Source: Amoeboaphelidium protococcarum X5 (Eukaryota; Fungi; Aphelidiomycota). Taken from it: 64,000 nucleotides of DNA. Both the position numbers and the translations under genes were made by a program. The notes beneath the pieces are model-generated. The model saw only the letters and a list, made by a program, of their open reading frames with translations. It was not told the DNA's origin and did no database searches. Each line of letters opens with the position of its first letter. Positions within the stretch are counted from its first letter, which is position 1. Positions 47,841 to 62,094 of the stretch are shown here, in pieces. The stretch is taken from assembly GCA_023515725.1 (NCBI GenBank), contig JALDTO010000237.1, positions 479,573-543,572 on the forward strand, written 5' to 3'.

Positions 47841-50681
47841 ATGGGTTTCAATTGGTCCTATGCTGGTTTTGTGATTGCTTTGGCTGTTGTCTTGCAGGTC
47901 TTTGTCTTTGAGAAGAGTGACTGGTTCAATGACTCTCCGCTGCTGCAGAGAAAGCGCCGTTCTCCTATCCCAACTTATAAGCCGCTGAATAATGGTACGT
48001 TGGATAAGCGTACTTTCTACTGGCCTCCTTCCTACTCACCACCTTCCTACTCGCCTCCTTCGAGCGCTTCGTGTGATCGTTAGACGATTTTTGCTTATGG
48101 TGATACCTCTTTTATCCAGCTCAGATTGACCAACAGTCTCTGGGGCTGGTAGAGAAGTAGTTTGAGATGCAGTGAAAGCTGGGACTCTAACATTCTGTAC
48201 ATGAATGCTGATAACAATGACTGCAATAGAGGTAGAGCTGTTGGCACCGTGCAAGTAAAGTTCTCTTGTACTGGCACAATCACTGTCCGTTATGTTGGCT
48301 ATAAAAAGTGTAAGAAGACGTTCCGCTAGATCAATTTCCATGTTGGATACTCTAGCTGCCCTTCTCTGAATCCTAGTTATTTTACTTGCAGCCCTAATGC
48401 AAGATCTAATGATCCAGCTTGTAGAAAGGATTGTGATGGTGGTCAGTGCGATGGTAAGGATGTGACGTTTACCTTTACTGGCTGGGACAGTAGACGTACT
48501 GTATACTTTGTTGCTCACGCTGTATCTAATGGAGAGTTGTGTGCTAGCGACGATTGTGGAAGTACGCCACCACAAACCGTCACTGTCACATCGACGATAA
48601 CTAAGACTGTGGTAAGTACTTTTTTTAGTACGATTATCAGGACTAGTACCATCTAGCTGCCCCCTGTCACAATAACGAGGACGACGACTGTTTCTCATGT
48701 TGTCACCTCGACTTTAATTATCCGTCCTCAGCCTGTGACTTCATACATTACAAGAACTGTGTCGTATCCCGTTACTACCACTGTAACTCTGCCACCAAGA
48801 ACTATCACAAGTCTGATCACGTTGCCGCCGGTTACTACTACTTATACTGTAACAGTTGATAGACCTCCAGTAACCACCACTTGGACGCTTACCAACACTT
48901 AGTATGTCACTAGTACTAATACTGAAACTACCACTACCACTACATATCTGCCTGCATCTACCTTCACCATAACTGAGACTTCCATTCTGCCTGGTACCGT
49001 AACCACTATAACTATCACTGAAGATGGTCAAGTGATTACTAGCTACATTACAAGCACTGGAATTATTACTATAACTGGTACTTAGACAGTAACTACAACT
49101 AATATTTAGTACATTACTTTGGATCCTGTCACTGTTACTGTTAATTAGCCTGCTACCACCATTACTACTGCGTTGACTATTACTTAGACGTCTTTGGTGA
49201 CTGTGACTGAAACTTCTCCTGTGTACTCTACTTTCTCTACTACCATTTTTAGTACGACAACGTCTACTGTGCTGGTGCCAACCACTATCATTACGTTTAT
49301 ACCTGGTGAGACTGCTCTGACCACTGTAACCTCATTTATGACTTAGACAGTGATGTAGACACTATACAGCTACATTACTACTACAGAGAGGATCACCGAA
49401 ACTGTTACTGTTAGTGGAGGTGGTGGTGGTCCGCCAGTGACTTCTTACATTACGATTACTTAAGCCCCTGTTACTGTTACTGAGACTCAGTCAATTACTC
49501 TGCCTCAGATTACTGTGACCGTCACTGTTGCTCCGACTACTATTATCCAAACGTCTACTGTGTTTTAGACACAAACCTATACCATGACGTAGACTATCAC
49601 TGAATCTGGTACCACCATTACCACTACTATCTTCAGTACAAGCACTGTATCTGTTCTGGCAACCTCAACATCTACTATCCCATCCACTACTACCACCTAT
49701 ACCCCTCTGCCTACTCCTACTTGTATCGATGTTGGTGGAGCATATCCTTTTAATGCCTTCTTTAGTGGTTCCTATTCTGCTAGCTCTGATGTTCAGGGAA
49801 GACTGGCTGTTGGTGGTGATGCAGCTTTTGCTGGCGGCTTCTCGATCGCGGATCAGCTTTATGGCATCGATTAATGTAAGTCAGCTACATTAGTCATTGG
49901 CGGTAAATTGGTAAATTGGTTGACTGGTCGTAACTATTATGGTAATATTGTTGTTGGTGATGACTCTACTGCGAAGCCTTCTGTACCCAACAATAATATC
50001 GGTTATGTTTTGGAGCAGGAGTGTAGCATAAAAAAAGTTCCTAACTTTATTGATTTTACTGCTATTAGTCAAAAGTTGATCCAGTTGTCACAGAAGATGG
50101 CATCTTGGGTTCCTACTACTCTGAATGTTAATGTCAGGTATGGTTTGATGACTATCTAGGTTGGTGGTCTTAATCGCTATGAAGTGATTAATATTTAGAA
50201 TGGATCCATGTTTACTGATAGAGTGGTCAATAATTTTGCGATTAAAGGTGCTACTAACAATACCATCCTGGTGTTTAACATTTTTGGGTCCGCTGGTGGA
50301 TTCGTCAATATGAACATGGAATCGCTCAAGGATATTCCTACTATCTTCAACTTTCCTAATGCCACATCTCTACAAATCAGTGGTGTAGGTGTCCGTGGTA
50401 TGGTTATGGCACCACTTGCTAACGTTAATGCTGGACCTGGTGTAGTCTGGGGACCATTTTTTGCTGAGAGTGCAGCTGGACCCTTGCAGATTAATCTGGT
50501 TCCGAATTTTCCTCTGTGTGCAAATCCGGATTCTATTTATGGTTTACAAACCGCAGCGATGTCTCAGTAGACTAGCAGCAGCAGTGGATCTTAGCCTTTA
50601 AGAATCAATTTTAACTTTGGATTGGAAGTGATCGTAGCTCTGACCGTGCTGCTTTTTGGAGTGTTTTATTTAACGATGTGA
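47841..50681 (+). CDS. Cell-surface adhesin-like protein with choice-of-anchor A domain (946 aa; tandem copy 2)
   Basis: Colinear paralog of 43554-46475 with a shorter Pro-rich segment. Confidence 0.85.
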
Positions 50682-50953
50682 TTGTGTTGTGTTGAATAAT
50701 GTTTGTGATCAAATGGATTGATTTGAAAAGTGAGATTGAGTGAATAATAAAAAATGGGTTTAAAAATGTTGTTTTTATTGAATCATTTAAAAGTTCCAAC
50801 ATTGCTGGTAACTGAGTTATGTTTTCATCAAACTAATATAAACTTTCTATACACTTAAGCTGTTTGATAACAAGACATTGATCATTGAACTTCATTCACT
50901 AAACACGTAACGTAACGCTTTTCAATTTGACAATGTATAACTAAAGCTATCAA

Positions 50954-51724
50954 TCATGACCCCATTCTCAGGAATTTTACTGCCGTATTGTAGATTACCC
51001 TATAAGGAAACCGGATTACTCAATTCAATTGACAACGAACGCGAATGATTAATCGGACGGACTTGCACTGCAGTCTGAGGATTGATAATCAGCGCCGGAG
51101 ATGTTTAAATATTAGAGTCGTCTGAAGTCGCGTCTTGTTTAGTCAGAGACTTTTTTCTTCCAAAGATACGATCACATATTCTATGGAATATACCACCACT
51201 GCGCTAATTAACAGAATCAGATTCTTTTGATGAGTGTGCAAGATCAATCTCTTGTATAGTTGACTTTATACCATGAGTAAATTTATCGTGACAAATAATC
51301 AGAGGCATATTTTATGGCACTATCAAAGCTTACTGTGGAGGATAGTTCGCGATTTGATCACGTCCGAGCGTTTCAGAACTCCAACAATCACGTTTCACCA
51401 TTGTTATCAACTACACAAGAAAGCCTGATGACTAGAATTCCAGTAATTTTGATGAAATACATTACTTTGGAGCATATAGCACATTTCTGCTTGGTAAAGA
51501 ATATTCTTTTGAAAGGGCAAGTATCCTTGAAACATGGTTCACAAAACTCGTGTCCACATGGATAGACTTGCACTTGAGTTTACAAAACTTTACACACAGG
51601 ACAACGTTACTCCAAATATGTACTTGAGGAACTTCCAGACTCAGTCTACAATTGTACAAAAGGTTAATTAAGTAATATAGTGGTCCATTAATCGATATCT
51701 TACGCGTTATACTAGATCAAACAT
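50954..51724 (-). CDS. C3HC4 RING-finger protein (probably 2 introns; exon structure tentative)
   Basis: CPVC...YPCGHEFCEPC...CAIC; GTAAGA...TAG intron after a short first exon; downstream frame ends TGA 50954. Confidence 0.6.
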
Positions 51725-51860
51725 GATGTTTAGGTACAAGCTGTGTTTCAAAATTGGTGATTGTCTGCTAAGCGGAAACAAAAGAGACACGACGACTTGG
51801 CTTAAGAGCGTTTATTGAAATCAAGTGGAGTTTATATCGTCAATTTACATCCTTATATAG

Positions 51861-52901
51861 TCAGGCTTCAGCAATTACTGCTGACACTGCAGACATATCA
51901 CCTGGAACCAGTACGGCTGATGGCATGCTAACTTGCTCCTACTTACTTCGATTTTGCTAGACCATCTCCATCATATGATTTCCACACACGGCAAGAAACA
52001 TCACCACGCCAGACAATGAGGGAGAAATAAGCAGAATACCGTATGGACTACGCCAAAATGGACTTAATTTGGTCTAAATTTCAGTAGACATTTACTAAAC
52101 TTCAACTATACTACAATACAACGCGTAACTTTTTGATGCTCCATAGGCTGTGGCTTGCATTATAGCCAGTGCAAAGAAAAGAATAGACCATATAGATATC
52201 GGAGATCGGCATCCTGTAGTAGCAAGCGCATTTACGCGTTGTTTGAACATTATGTTTAGTACCAGAAACCCTGCCGGAATAAGAACGCCAGGCACCAGGA
52301 CAGATAGAGACTGTAGGTATATCGTTAGCATTAGGAAGTAGTACACTCTGGACGTAGTTAGAATCATAGAGATTAACACAATGAATTGAACGATGGTAAA
52401 CGCAATCACACCGCTAACAATTCTCCATCGATGCACATAATATGCATTACTGACTTTAAGTGCCAACTGTGATACGACTTCATTCACTTTAGAAGTGCCG
52501 TGACTAATCGAGGCTTTAATAGCGGGGTTGCCCGGAAAATCAGTGGCAAAAAGTGCTATATTACGCATCAGCAGATCAGCGGTATAGTATGTAACAAGAA
52601 TTACAGCGATACCTGATATAGCAGCTTAAGTGAGCCATAGATGGGCGTTGCTGTCGAATATAGATAGCAAAGATTGTCCCAACATTTGATACGACATGTG
52701 AGCTATTGCTATGCTTAGGAGGTGACCTGCAGATGCAAGACATACAACTACGAGCAAAGACACTGCACTTATACTAACATTACCTTTCTTATATATTTAC
52801 ATACATCCCACGTAGTATATTACTACAAGTGTAGCCAAAAGACTGAAGACGTGCATCACAATCACCGCAGTGAGAAACGCCTCATCTGAAACTGAAGCCA
52901 T
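51861..52901 (-). CDS. Seven-transmembrane (GPCR-like) membrane protein (346 aa)
   Basis: Open table-6 frame with about 7 hydrophobic segments; no family motif recognised. Confidence 0.65.
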
Positions 52902-53203
52902 CTCCTCGAATGATATCACACAATATACAGAGCGAATAAACGAGGTAAATAATATGATGACTCACTTTAATGGCAATGCTGATGAGATTATGAAAGCATC
53001 AAAAGTAAAGAAAGCCGCGAGCTTCTAAACTTTATGCATTTCTATTTTTAGCCAAGACGTGAGCAGTTAGCTGTTACGTTTCCAAAAACGGTACTGATCG
53101 CAACGTCAAGCCATAAAGCGAGATCTCGAGCTGAAACAACGCCTCGGCTCTAAGCCTCCAAAGTCTTCATTTTCTCTTGCTAGTAGTCCGCTCTTACACT
53201 ATA

Positions 53204-54825
53204 ATGTCGCAGTTAGTCAGTCAAGTTGTCAATTACGCTCAGTAGTCAACCACGAGCACTATTCTGACCATCGCTGTCGGGCTGGTGCTGGCTGTAGCAC
53301 TGTCGCGAGTTGTAAGTCTTTTTGCAAGTTTCGTTGTATGAAGTTACACTAACTTTTGCGCGTTGTGTAGATTGCATCCGTATTGGGAACTTCTAATGGA
53401 ACAAGACATCCACCCATGGTCCCTTATGTCGTTCCATTCATTGGAAGTATGATCAGCTTCGGTATGAATCCACTAAAGTTTCTGGAAGAGAATCGCTTAA
53501 AGTATGGTGACTGCTATACCTTTTTGATGTTTGGGCGTAAGATGACCTACCTGATGGGAGCTGAAGGCAATAACTTTGTCTTGAACACTTGTAAACTCAA
53601 GGAAGTGTCCGCTGAAGAGGCGTATAAGCATTTGACCGTTCCTGTCTTTGGCGAGGGCGTCATATACGATGTTCCCAATAGTGTCATGATGGAGTAGAAG
53701 CGGTTCGTCAAGCATGGTCTTTCACCTGAGAACTTGCGTCTGTACGTTCCAATGATTGAGAAGGAAACCAGGGAGTACTTTGCCCGTTGGAAGGGAGACA
53801 CTGGTCGCGCTGAGCTCTCCGAGGCGATTGCCGAGTTGACCATTCTGACTGCCTCTCGCTGCTTAATGGGCTCCTTCATTCGTGAGCAGTTGTCCGAGAC
53901 TGTCGCCTAGTTGTATTGCGATTTGGACAAGGGATTCACGCCACTAAATTTTCTGTTCAAGTGGCTCCCGCTAGAGTCATACCGTAAGCGTGATGAGGCT
54001 CATATCAAGATGAGAGAATTGTTTCTTCGCATCATGAAAGATCGCCGCGAGAGAGGTGAGATGGACAATAGTGATATGATGTAATCTCTAATGGACTGTG
54101 AGTACCGCGATGGTAGAAAGATGAATGACAAGGAAGTTGCATGTCTGATGATTGCTCTTCTTATGGCTGGTTAACACACTTCAAGTACTACCGCAACGTG
54201 GTGTCTGTCTTATTTGGCCCAGGACAAGGAGTTGCGACAACGTCTGCTTCAAGAGCAGAAGGAAGTACTTGGCGATGATTTATCGGCCCCTCTGGACTAT
54301 GAAGCACTGAAAAGCATGGAATTGCTGGATCGCTGCGTGAAGGAGACTCTTCGCCTGAAGCCTCCAATTATCACGGTATTGCGCAAAGTTATGAGCGATG
54401 TACAGTACAAGGATTACACTATTCCAGAGGGTCATTATGTCTGTGTTGCGCCGTCTCTGGCTCAACTTGATAGCTCTCTGTGGGGTAAAGATGTGAGTAA
54501 ATTCACCCCTGACCGCTTTAATGAGTGCCAGAATCCAGGATTGTCCAAGTGCCTCGGTCATGGAGCATCATCGTCTTACTTACCGTTTGGCGCCGGTCGT
54601 CATCGTTGTATTGGAGAGGCCTTCGCGTATGTACAACTTAAGACTATCATTGCCACATTTATCAGAATGTTCGACTTTGAATTCCCTGCTGGCGGTAAAG
54701 GATTTCCAGACACTGATTTCACCACTTTGATAGTGATGCCAGTCAAGCCTGTGGCTATTGATTATTAGCGCAGAACTTCTCTCGGAGTCAATGGTACAAC
54801 TGCTGATCTACAGACGGAAGAGTGA
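53204..54825 (+). CDS. CYP51: Sterol 14-alpha-demethylase; intron 53312-53370
   Basis: AEEAYKHLTVPVFGEGVIYD, LMAGQHTS, KETLR, YLPFGAGRHRCIGEAFAY; intron with ACTAAC branch point. Confidence 0.97.
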
Positions 54826-54911
54826 TTTACTGCTAACGTTAAGAGTGATACGCGATAATAAGTATAAGTAACCGATATTGCATTTGTGTGTATTTACAAA
54901 TTTACATTTCA

Positions 54912-56399
54912 TCATAGCTTAGTGGATAGTAGATTTCGTGTGATGTCAAATCTATTACCATCTGGCTAAAGCTGGTATTTTTAACCAGCTGCATCTACAG
55001 CCAATAGAAAACCGTCATCTCCAATTCCCCTAATAGTGACTTCTTTCCGTTAATCTACTTCACCATCGATTTGAACAGATACTTTCTAATTAGAATGGAG
55101 CCAATGTTTATAATACTCCTACCTGAATTGATTTTTTCCAGAGCTGAAGAAGCTACGATAGATTGCAGTATACTAATTCATAATTTCAGCACAGAGAATC
55201 TCCTTACTCAGCTCATGTGTCTGGGTGGCATCATACTGCTTATTAATTGAGTGAAGACTAACAGTCGGTCTATCATTGTATACGTTGAGACCGCATCCAA
55301 TGACCACCTAACACGTATTCCCAAGTTGCGGAGACACCAAAATGCCGCCGACTTTAATTTGTTAAGGATTGCCGTCTTGTTATTTCATGGCAACATAGAT
55401 GTCATTAGGCCATTTGATCGCGATAGGAAATGCATCACTGTGCGCAATCAACTTAACAGCCTTCACCACAGCTAGCGACATTATGTATTAAAGAAATACC
55501 ACCTTAAGCATATCACCGAAGTCATAGTTGTGGATGAAAGAGAATTAAAGTGCTCCCTGGTCAGAGATCCAGCTGTTCCCGCTTCTACCTCGGCCATTCG
55601 ACTGATTGTCTGCAACCACCAAAGTCCCGTCAGGTATTAATGACTGAAACTTGTAATTATCAACCAGCAGCGATTAAGTTGATTTTAACTCACGCGTGGT
55701 AATAAGGGAGCTAATCATCGAATTTGGCTGCAACTATTAAAAGAACACATCAGCGTTAAACTAGCTTGATCCTCTTTACTTTAAGTCATCTTTAATCTCA
55801 ATTTGAAGCCCACCATCACCTTCATCCTAATCGCTGCCAGGCAAAGTTGATGATTAATGCAGAGAGAAATGAAAGCTCTCAGCGGAATCTGTAAACTTTT
55901 ATGTGCTTTGAATTGACTGTATGAATGACTGGCGCTACTAAATATTTCTAAAATATATGGCAAGACTAGATCTTTCAGCAAAAGTGCCAACATCAATTGG
56001 AACGTCGTGCTACGAGATTAGGCCTGCTTAGATGAGACGCGTTCTAAGATAATCATTGTTGTCACCAGTCTACATATCCAATAGAAAGACTTCCGCTTCA
56101 TTGTTTACAAATTAGCGCCATTGACACGACGAAGATGCCAAGATTTTACCACCAGAAGAGACGTAATCTTGTAATCGCCGCTTGATATAAATCTATCGCA
56201 TATTTGACAGCGTGTTGATTGCAGGTAGTTGGTGCATAATCATGGCAGCACAGGATCCTTCCCACGGAGATTTCCACAATAGAGATAGATCTGAGACCAG
56301 CGAAACATCATAATACCTCAACAGATTCTTTAATTTCAGGTAAAAGTCTGAGCTCTTTCCATCTCCGCAAGACAAGAATAGAATATTAATTTTCTTCAT
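54912..56399 (-). CDS. BPL1: Biotin-protein ligase / holocarboxylase synthetase
   Basis: QSNGRGRSGNSWIS, IKWPNDIY, KVGGILV, GIGDDGFL, LQPDGNRFD. Confidence 0.9.
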
Positions 56400-56550
56400 T
56401 ATATGTTGACACGGACGATGTGATTAATTTCAGATAGGAACTTGAGGTTGATCAAGATGGAAATTAAGAAGCGCTCCCGTAACATGAAAGCTTAAATGGC
56501 AATCAAAGAGGCATCAAACTCGAATGATTGTTATTTTACTTTGGCTACAA

Positions 56551-58428
56551 TCAACAAGTTATGACATTACATCTCTCTAAAATTGTTTTAACTTTAAGAG
56601 AATCTTTGTAATTGTTATGACCGTCGATGATATCCGAGCAGTCAACATTAACTATATTATTACCACGCGAAGGCTATGTGTCAACCTCTTTCAACCCAGC
56701 AATACTACCGAACGACGTGGCTCTAAACAGAAATCCCAATATCCAATCTTTACTTGAATACGCGTTGTAAATCTTGTTTGCCACCATCATCTACACTCTA
56801 CGCCACTCTTCTTGAGATGCAGCAATTGGAGCACCAATCAACACAACATCAGATACTATACCGAACGCATCAGCATCCTGGCTACCGACAGCACGCTCAT
56901 ACAACTAGAGAAGTGCAAAGAATATAACTCTTGCACCGGCGCTAGTTCCGATAAGTTTAATCGGTCTGTGACCATGAAGACGTTCAAACAAAATGTCACC
57001 CAGAATTTATCCAGCCTTGTAGGAGCGATCCATCACGATAGACCAAGGATTATCCACTAGGGAGGCAATCTTTAACAAAGACAGTGGCCATGCAACAGCA
57101 AGCATCACATTGGCCAGTATTGTTCTCATCAAAACTTGACGCGTTAAATATCCAACAGCTTCTGTCTTGATCAACTCTTCAACGGCATTACCCATGGCCA
57201 TCAACTCCTTACTCTCAAACACTAAGGACAGGCATTCGCCATTGAAGCATTAGTTCTACTAGTCTAATTATGTTTTAGCAAGTAAACATTACCACACACC
57301 AAGTGCATCTGTCAGCTGAGTCATCCACCCAGATATAACTATAGTGACAAATGGAGATTTAGTGGCGGATAAAGGATCACCTAAAGGCTCTTCTGAAGAT
57401 GGCAGTTACGACTACGACGATTACTATTATTTTTTCTTTGAGAACCAGCCACCACTCTCCTGTACCATATCCTCAGGTATAGAAGTATCCACGTCGATAA
57501 ACTTAAATTCTTAAATACCACGCGATTTGTATTCCATCTTCATCCCGGCAATACTCGCACCCGTGACACCAAAGACGGAGCCAATTAACGCCAGACCAGA
57601 AGTTCCCCCAAGGAAAGCTAGAGTTCCAGCACCGATTCCAATAGAGCCCCCGAGACCGATTAAAGCACCAGCTACTAAAGGTGCAGCCAATCCTCCAGTT
57701 ATACCAACTAACAGTCCTCCAGCAGCCACTCCAGCTCCAATGGTCCATAGTCTTTTATTTTTATTACGCGTCGAATGTTCGCCGATGATCTTGTCATGAT
57801 TGTCTGATTGTGACGCCAGTTATTAGGCGTAAACTTGTAACTGCACCTACCGACTCAGATTCAATTCCAAAGATATAGCATTTGAGTATGTCAGATTAGC
57901 GAGTAGCATAACTTTATGAAATAGACATTGAGAGCGAGCGTCATAGACAGCTCCATTTTATATAGATGCCATAAATATTAATTCACAAATGAGAGTAGAA
58001 TCTATTGAAAACAGCCCATTAGTTAAAGTGCCTTCATCCAGTACCGAATTATCTAAATCGAGATCGTTCAAAGTCAACGGCGTGCTTCTTTTGATATCGA
58101 CTACTGCGCAGATCCCCATCAACAGCGATTCTGACCAATTCCTGTAGCTTTGCAGATATAATTGAGATTCATCTAATTTTTCGTTGTTCTTTACTTAACT
58201 CTTAGAAGGATCCTTGTTCCTGTTACTGGCAAAGGTAAAAAAGGACGATTTAGACTTGTCTGACTGTACCACTTGTTACTGATCTGCACTGACGCGTTGA
58301 TTATCATCCTTGACCTCAGCTTTCAATCGCTCAGCATTGCAATAAGTGTTCCATAGAAGAATTTCAATTATACGCAGAAAGCCTTCCTTCTACACCTTAC
58401 TTAACGTTTTCAATTAATCTTAATCCAT
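56551..58428 (-). CDS. TMCO4: DUF726/TMCO4 alpha/beta-hydrolase-like membrane protein
   Basis: YDARS, GGLLVGITGGLAAPLV, WPLSLLKIASLVDNPW, RPIKLIGTSAGARVI, NAYSSKDWILGFLFR. Confidence 0.88.
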
Positions 58429-58688
58429 CCCGCTACTATTAATAGCACTCTGGCTGAAACAATAACAATAAAGACACGCTGAAATTTCCCAAACGCAAAA
58501 GATCTCCAAAATTACCGAAATGAGAGTTTTGGTTAAAAGAAGAAAAACTTGAAAGATTTCGAGTCAGCGCCAACTGGTGATGAATACAGCTTGCTGATCA
58601 TTATACTCATCAGTCATTACTTAAAGAATAAGAAATGCGCAAATAATAATTTATTGTAACGAGAAAGTCATCAATCTAATCAACAGTA

Positions 58689-59534
58689 TCATTTACAACT
58701 TTGTACAGTAACTTGGACGTATCCAGTGAGATGATACATAATGGCGGAAACAGTCAGTGTATAAAACGCGCCAAATACGCCCATCATCCATAGGGCAAAA
58801 GACCGAATTTCCACCGGTTCTTTAAATATGTACGTGTTCATAACTATAACGTAGTTAGTGGTGGGATTCATTCGAGCCATTGCGAGAGCATCCACGTGAC
58901 TTGACACAATCATTGAGAGACACGCCACAAACAACACCGCGATGGATATAGAGAGAATGGAGACTAGCCAGAGCATTGATTTATCTGCTCGCAGTGCTTT
59001 GAGTGGACGCATTGGTGAGAGCTGTATTTTATAATTCTGCATACATCTAGTGCATTTCAAGAGGGTATCTAATACATATGTTTGTGGGTAAAACAATCGC
59101 TAAATGTCTTACAGTATACTATAAACTGTGCCAATGCTTTGACACAACTACGTCATCCTTGCACCATTATAAATGTCACCATCATCCCGAGTTATTTATG
59201 TTTTATTCCATTATTATCTAAAAGACACAAAATCGGCCACTTGACAGTCCAGGATATTCCGACTACTAAATACATCATAAATCAGCATGGGAAATCCCGC
59301 TTGTGCCGCAGAGTCTTTGATGATATTGGTCACGTATAAATCTATGCAATTCTGATGGATATACTGTAAATCAGGATCTTTACATCCAGTGCATACTTAT
59401 ACAAGAGGATCTCTACAATTTGGGCCGCTATCAGACTCCCAGCACGCCCAACATCTGCTGCGTTCATCACTATCACTTTAACAATTACTGACGCTATTTT
59501 GCTCACTCGATGGTTACACTTTTTAGTATTCCAT
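58689..59534 (-). CDS. MARCH-type RING-CH E3 ubiquitin ligase with 2 TM segments (281 aa)
   Basis: CWAC...PLVQVCTGCK...YIHQNCI...(long insert)...CTRC, then two hydrophobic helices. Confidence 0.7.
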
Positions 59535-59848
59535 TCTATTATCAAATACAATCTTGGTAAATAAATCAAATTAAGGTATAGCGAATATTAAAATGGTATA
59601 TAGCCAATACTTTAATAAAGAGGATGGATATACACTATAATAAATAACTGAGTGAAAGGCAGTGATACAAAACATGGAAAAGATCGATCACTCTCATTAA
59701 ATGAGACACTTCCAGTGATGCTAAAATTATCAACCGTGTTCGAATCAAACTCAAAGATGATAGTTTTAGAATGCCAAAATAGCAACAATATAGTATTATT
59801 ATTTTATACTCAAAAATTCACAAACTCTGACACATACGGCAAAACTGT

Positions 59849-61411
<1,563 letters not shown>

Positions 61412-62007
61412 TTACACTGAATGGTACAAACTGTATAGAGAGTTCTTTGAGAGGAGAGGAAAGAAAACTGTTAGGCCTGGCGGGAGAGAGAGAGATCGCA
61501 ATGATCAAAGTTTCACCGATCTTCGGAACTGACCGCTGATGGCCAATAGAGGGAACGCGCTTCATCTTACTTACAATGAACGGCTCACCTCACTGATAAT
61601 GATTTTAGTAATGCGTATTCAATTTATTTATGCTACATAATATTCACTTGAGGCGTTGCACATACTTACTGGGACCGAAATGGATTCAGTACTGCTTCAC
61701 AATGCTGCAGACTGACAGAGATAATGTATCGAAAAGTAAAAGTAATTAAGTTATGCGTTTCATCTATCATTAAACCTTATGATAAGAAAGATTGATAGAG
61801 AAAGCCTCTCAAACTCTAAAGTACAATGCTACGATCGATGATCAGTAATTGATCGCGTTATTAGGCAATTTCAATCGGTATGGATTCAATTGTGAAACGT
61901 TTCACAACAGCGATTTGAGAGAGAGAGATCGTTTCATTGTTTCAGCTTTGAGAGCCTTTGATCGTTTCAAAACAAAGACGACACCATCATCTGAATACAC
62001 AGCTTTA

Positions 62008-62056
<49 letters not shown>
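62008..62056. repeat. (CT)n(AT)n compound microsatellite
   Basis: Visible directly upstream of CDC6. Confidence 0.9.
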
Positions 62057-62094
62057 ACACTGCACCAAATAAACTCAGTAATATCCCACTTGCA

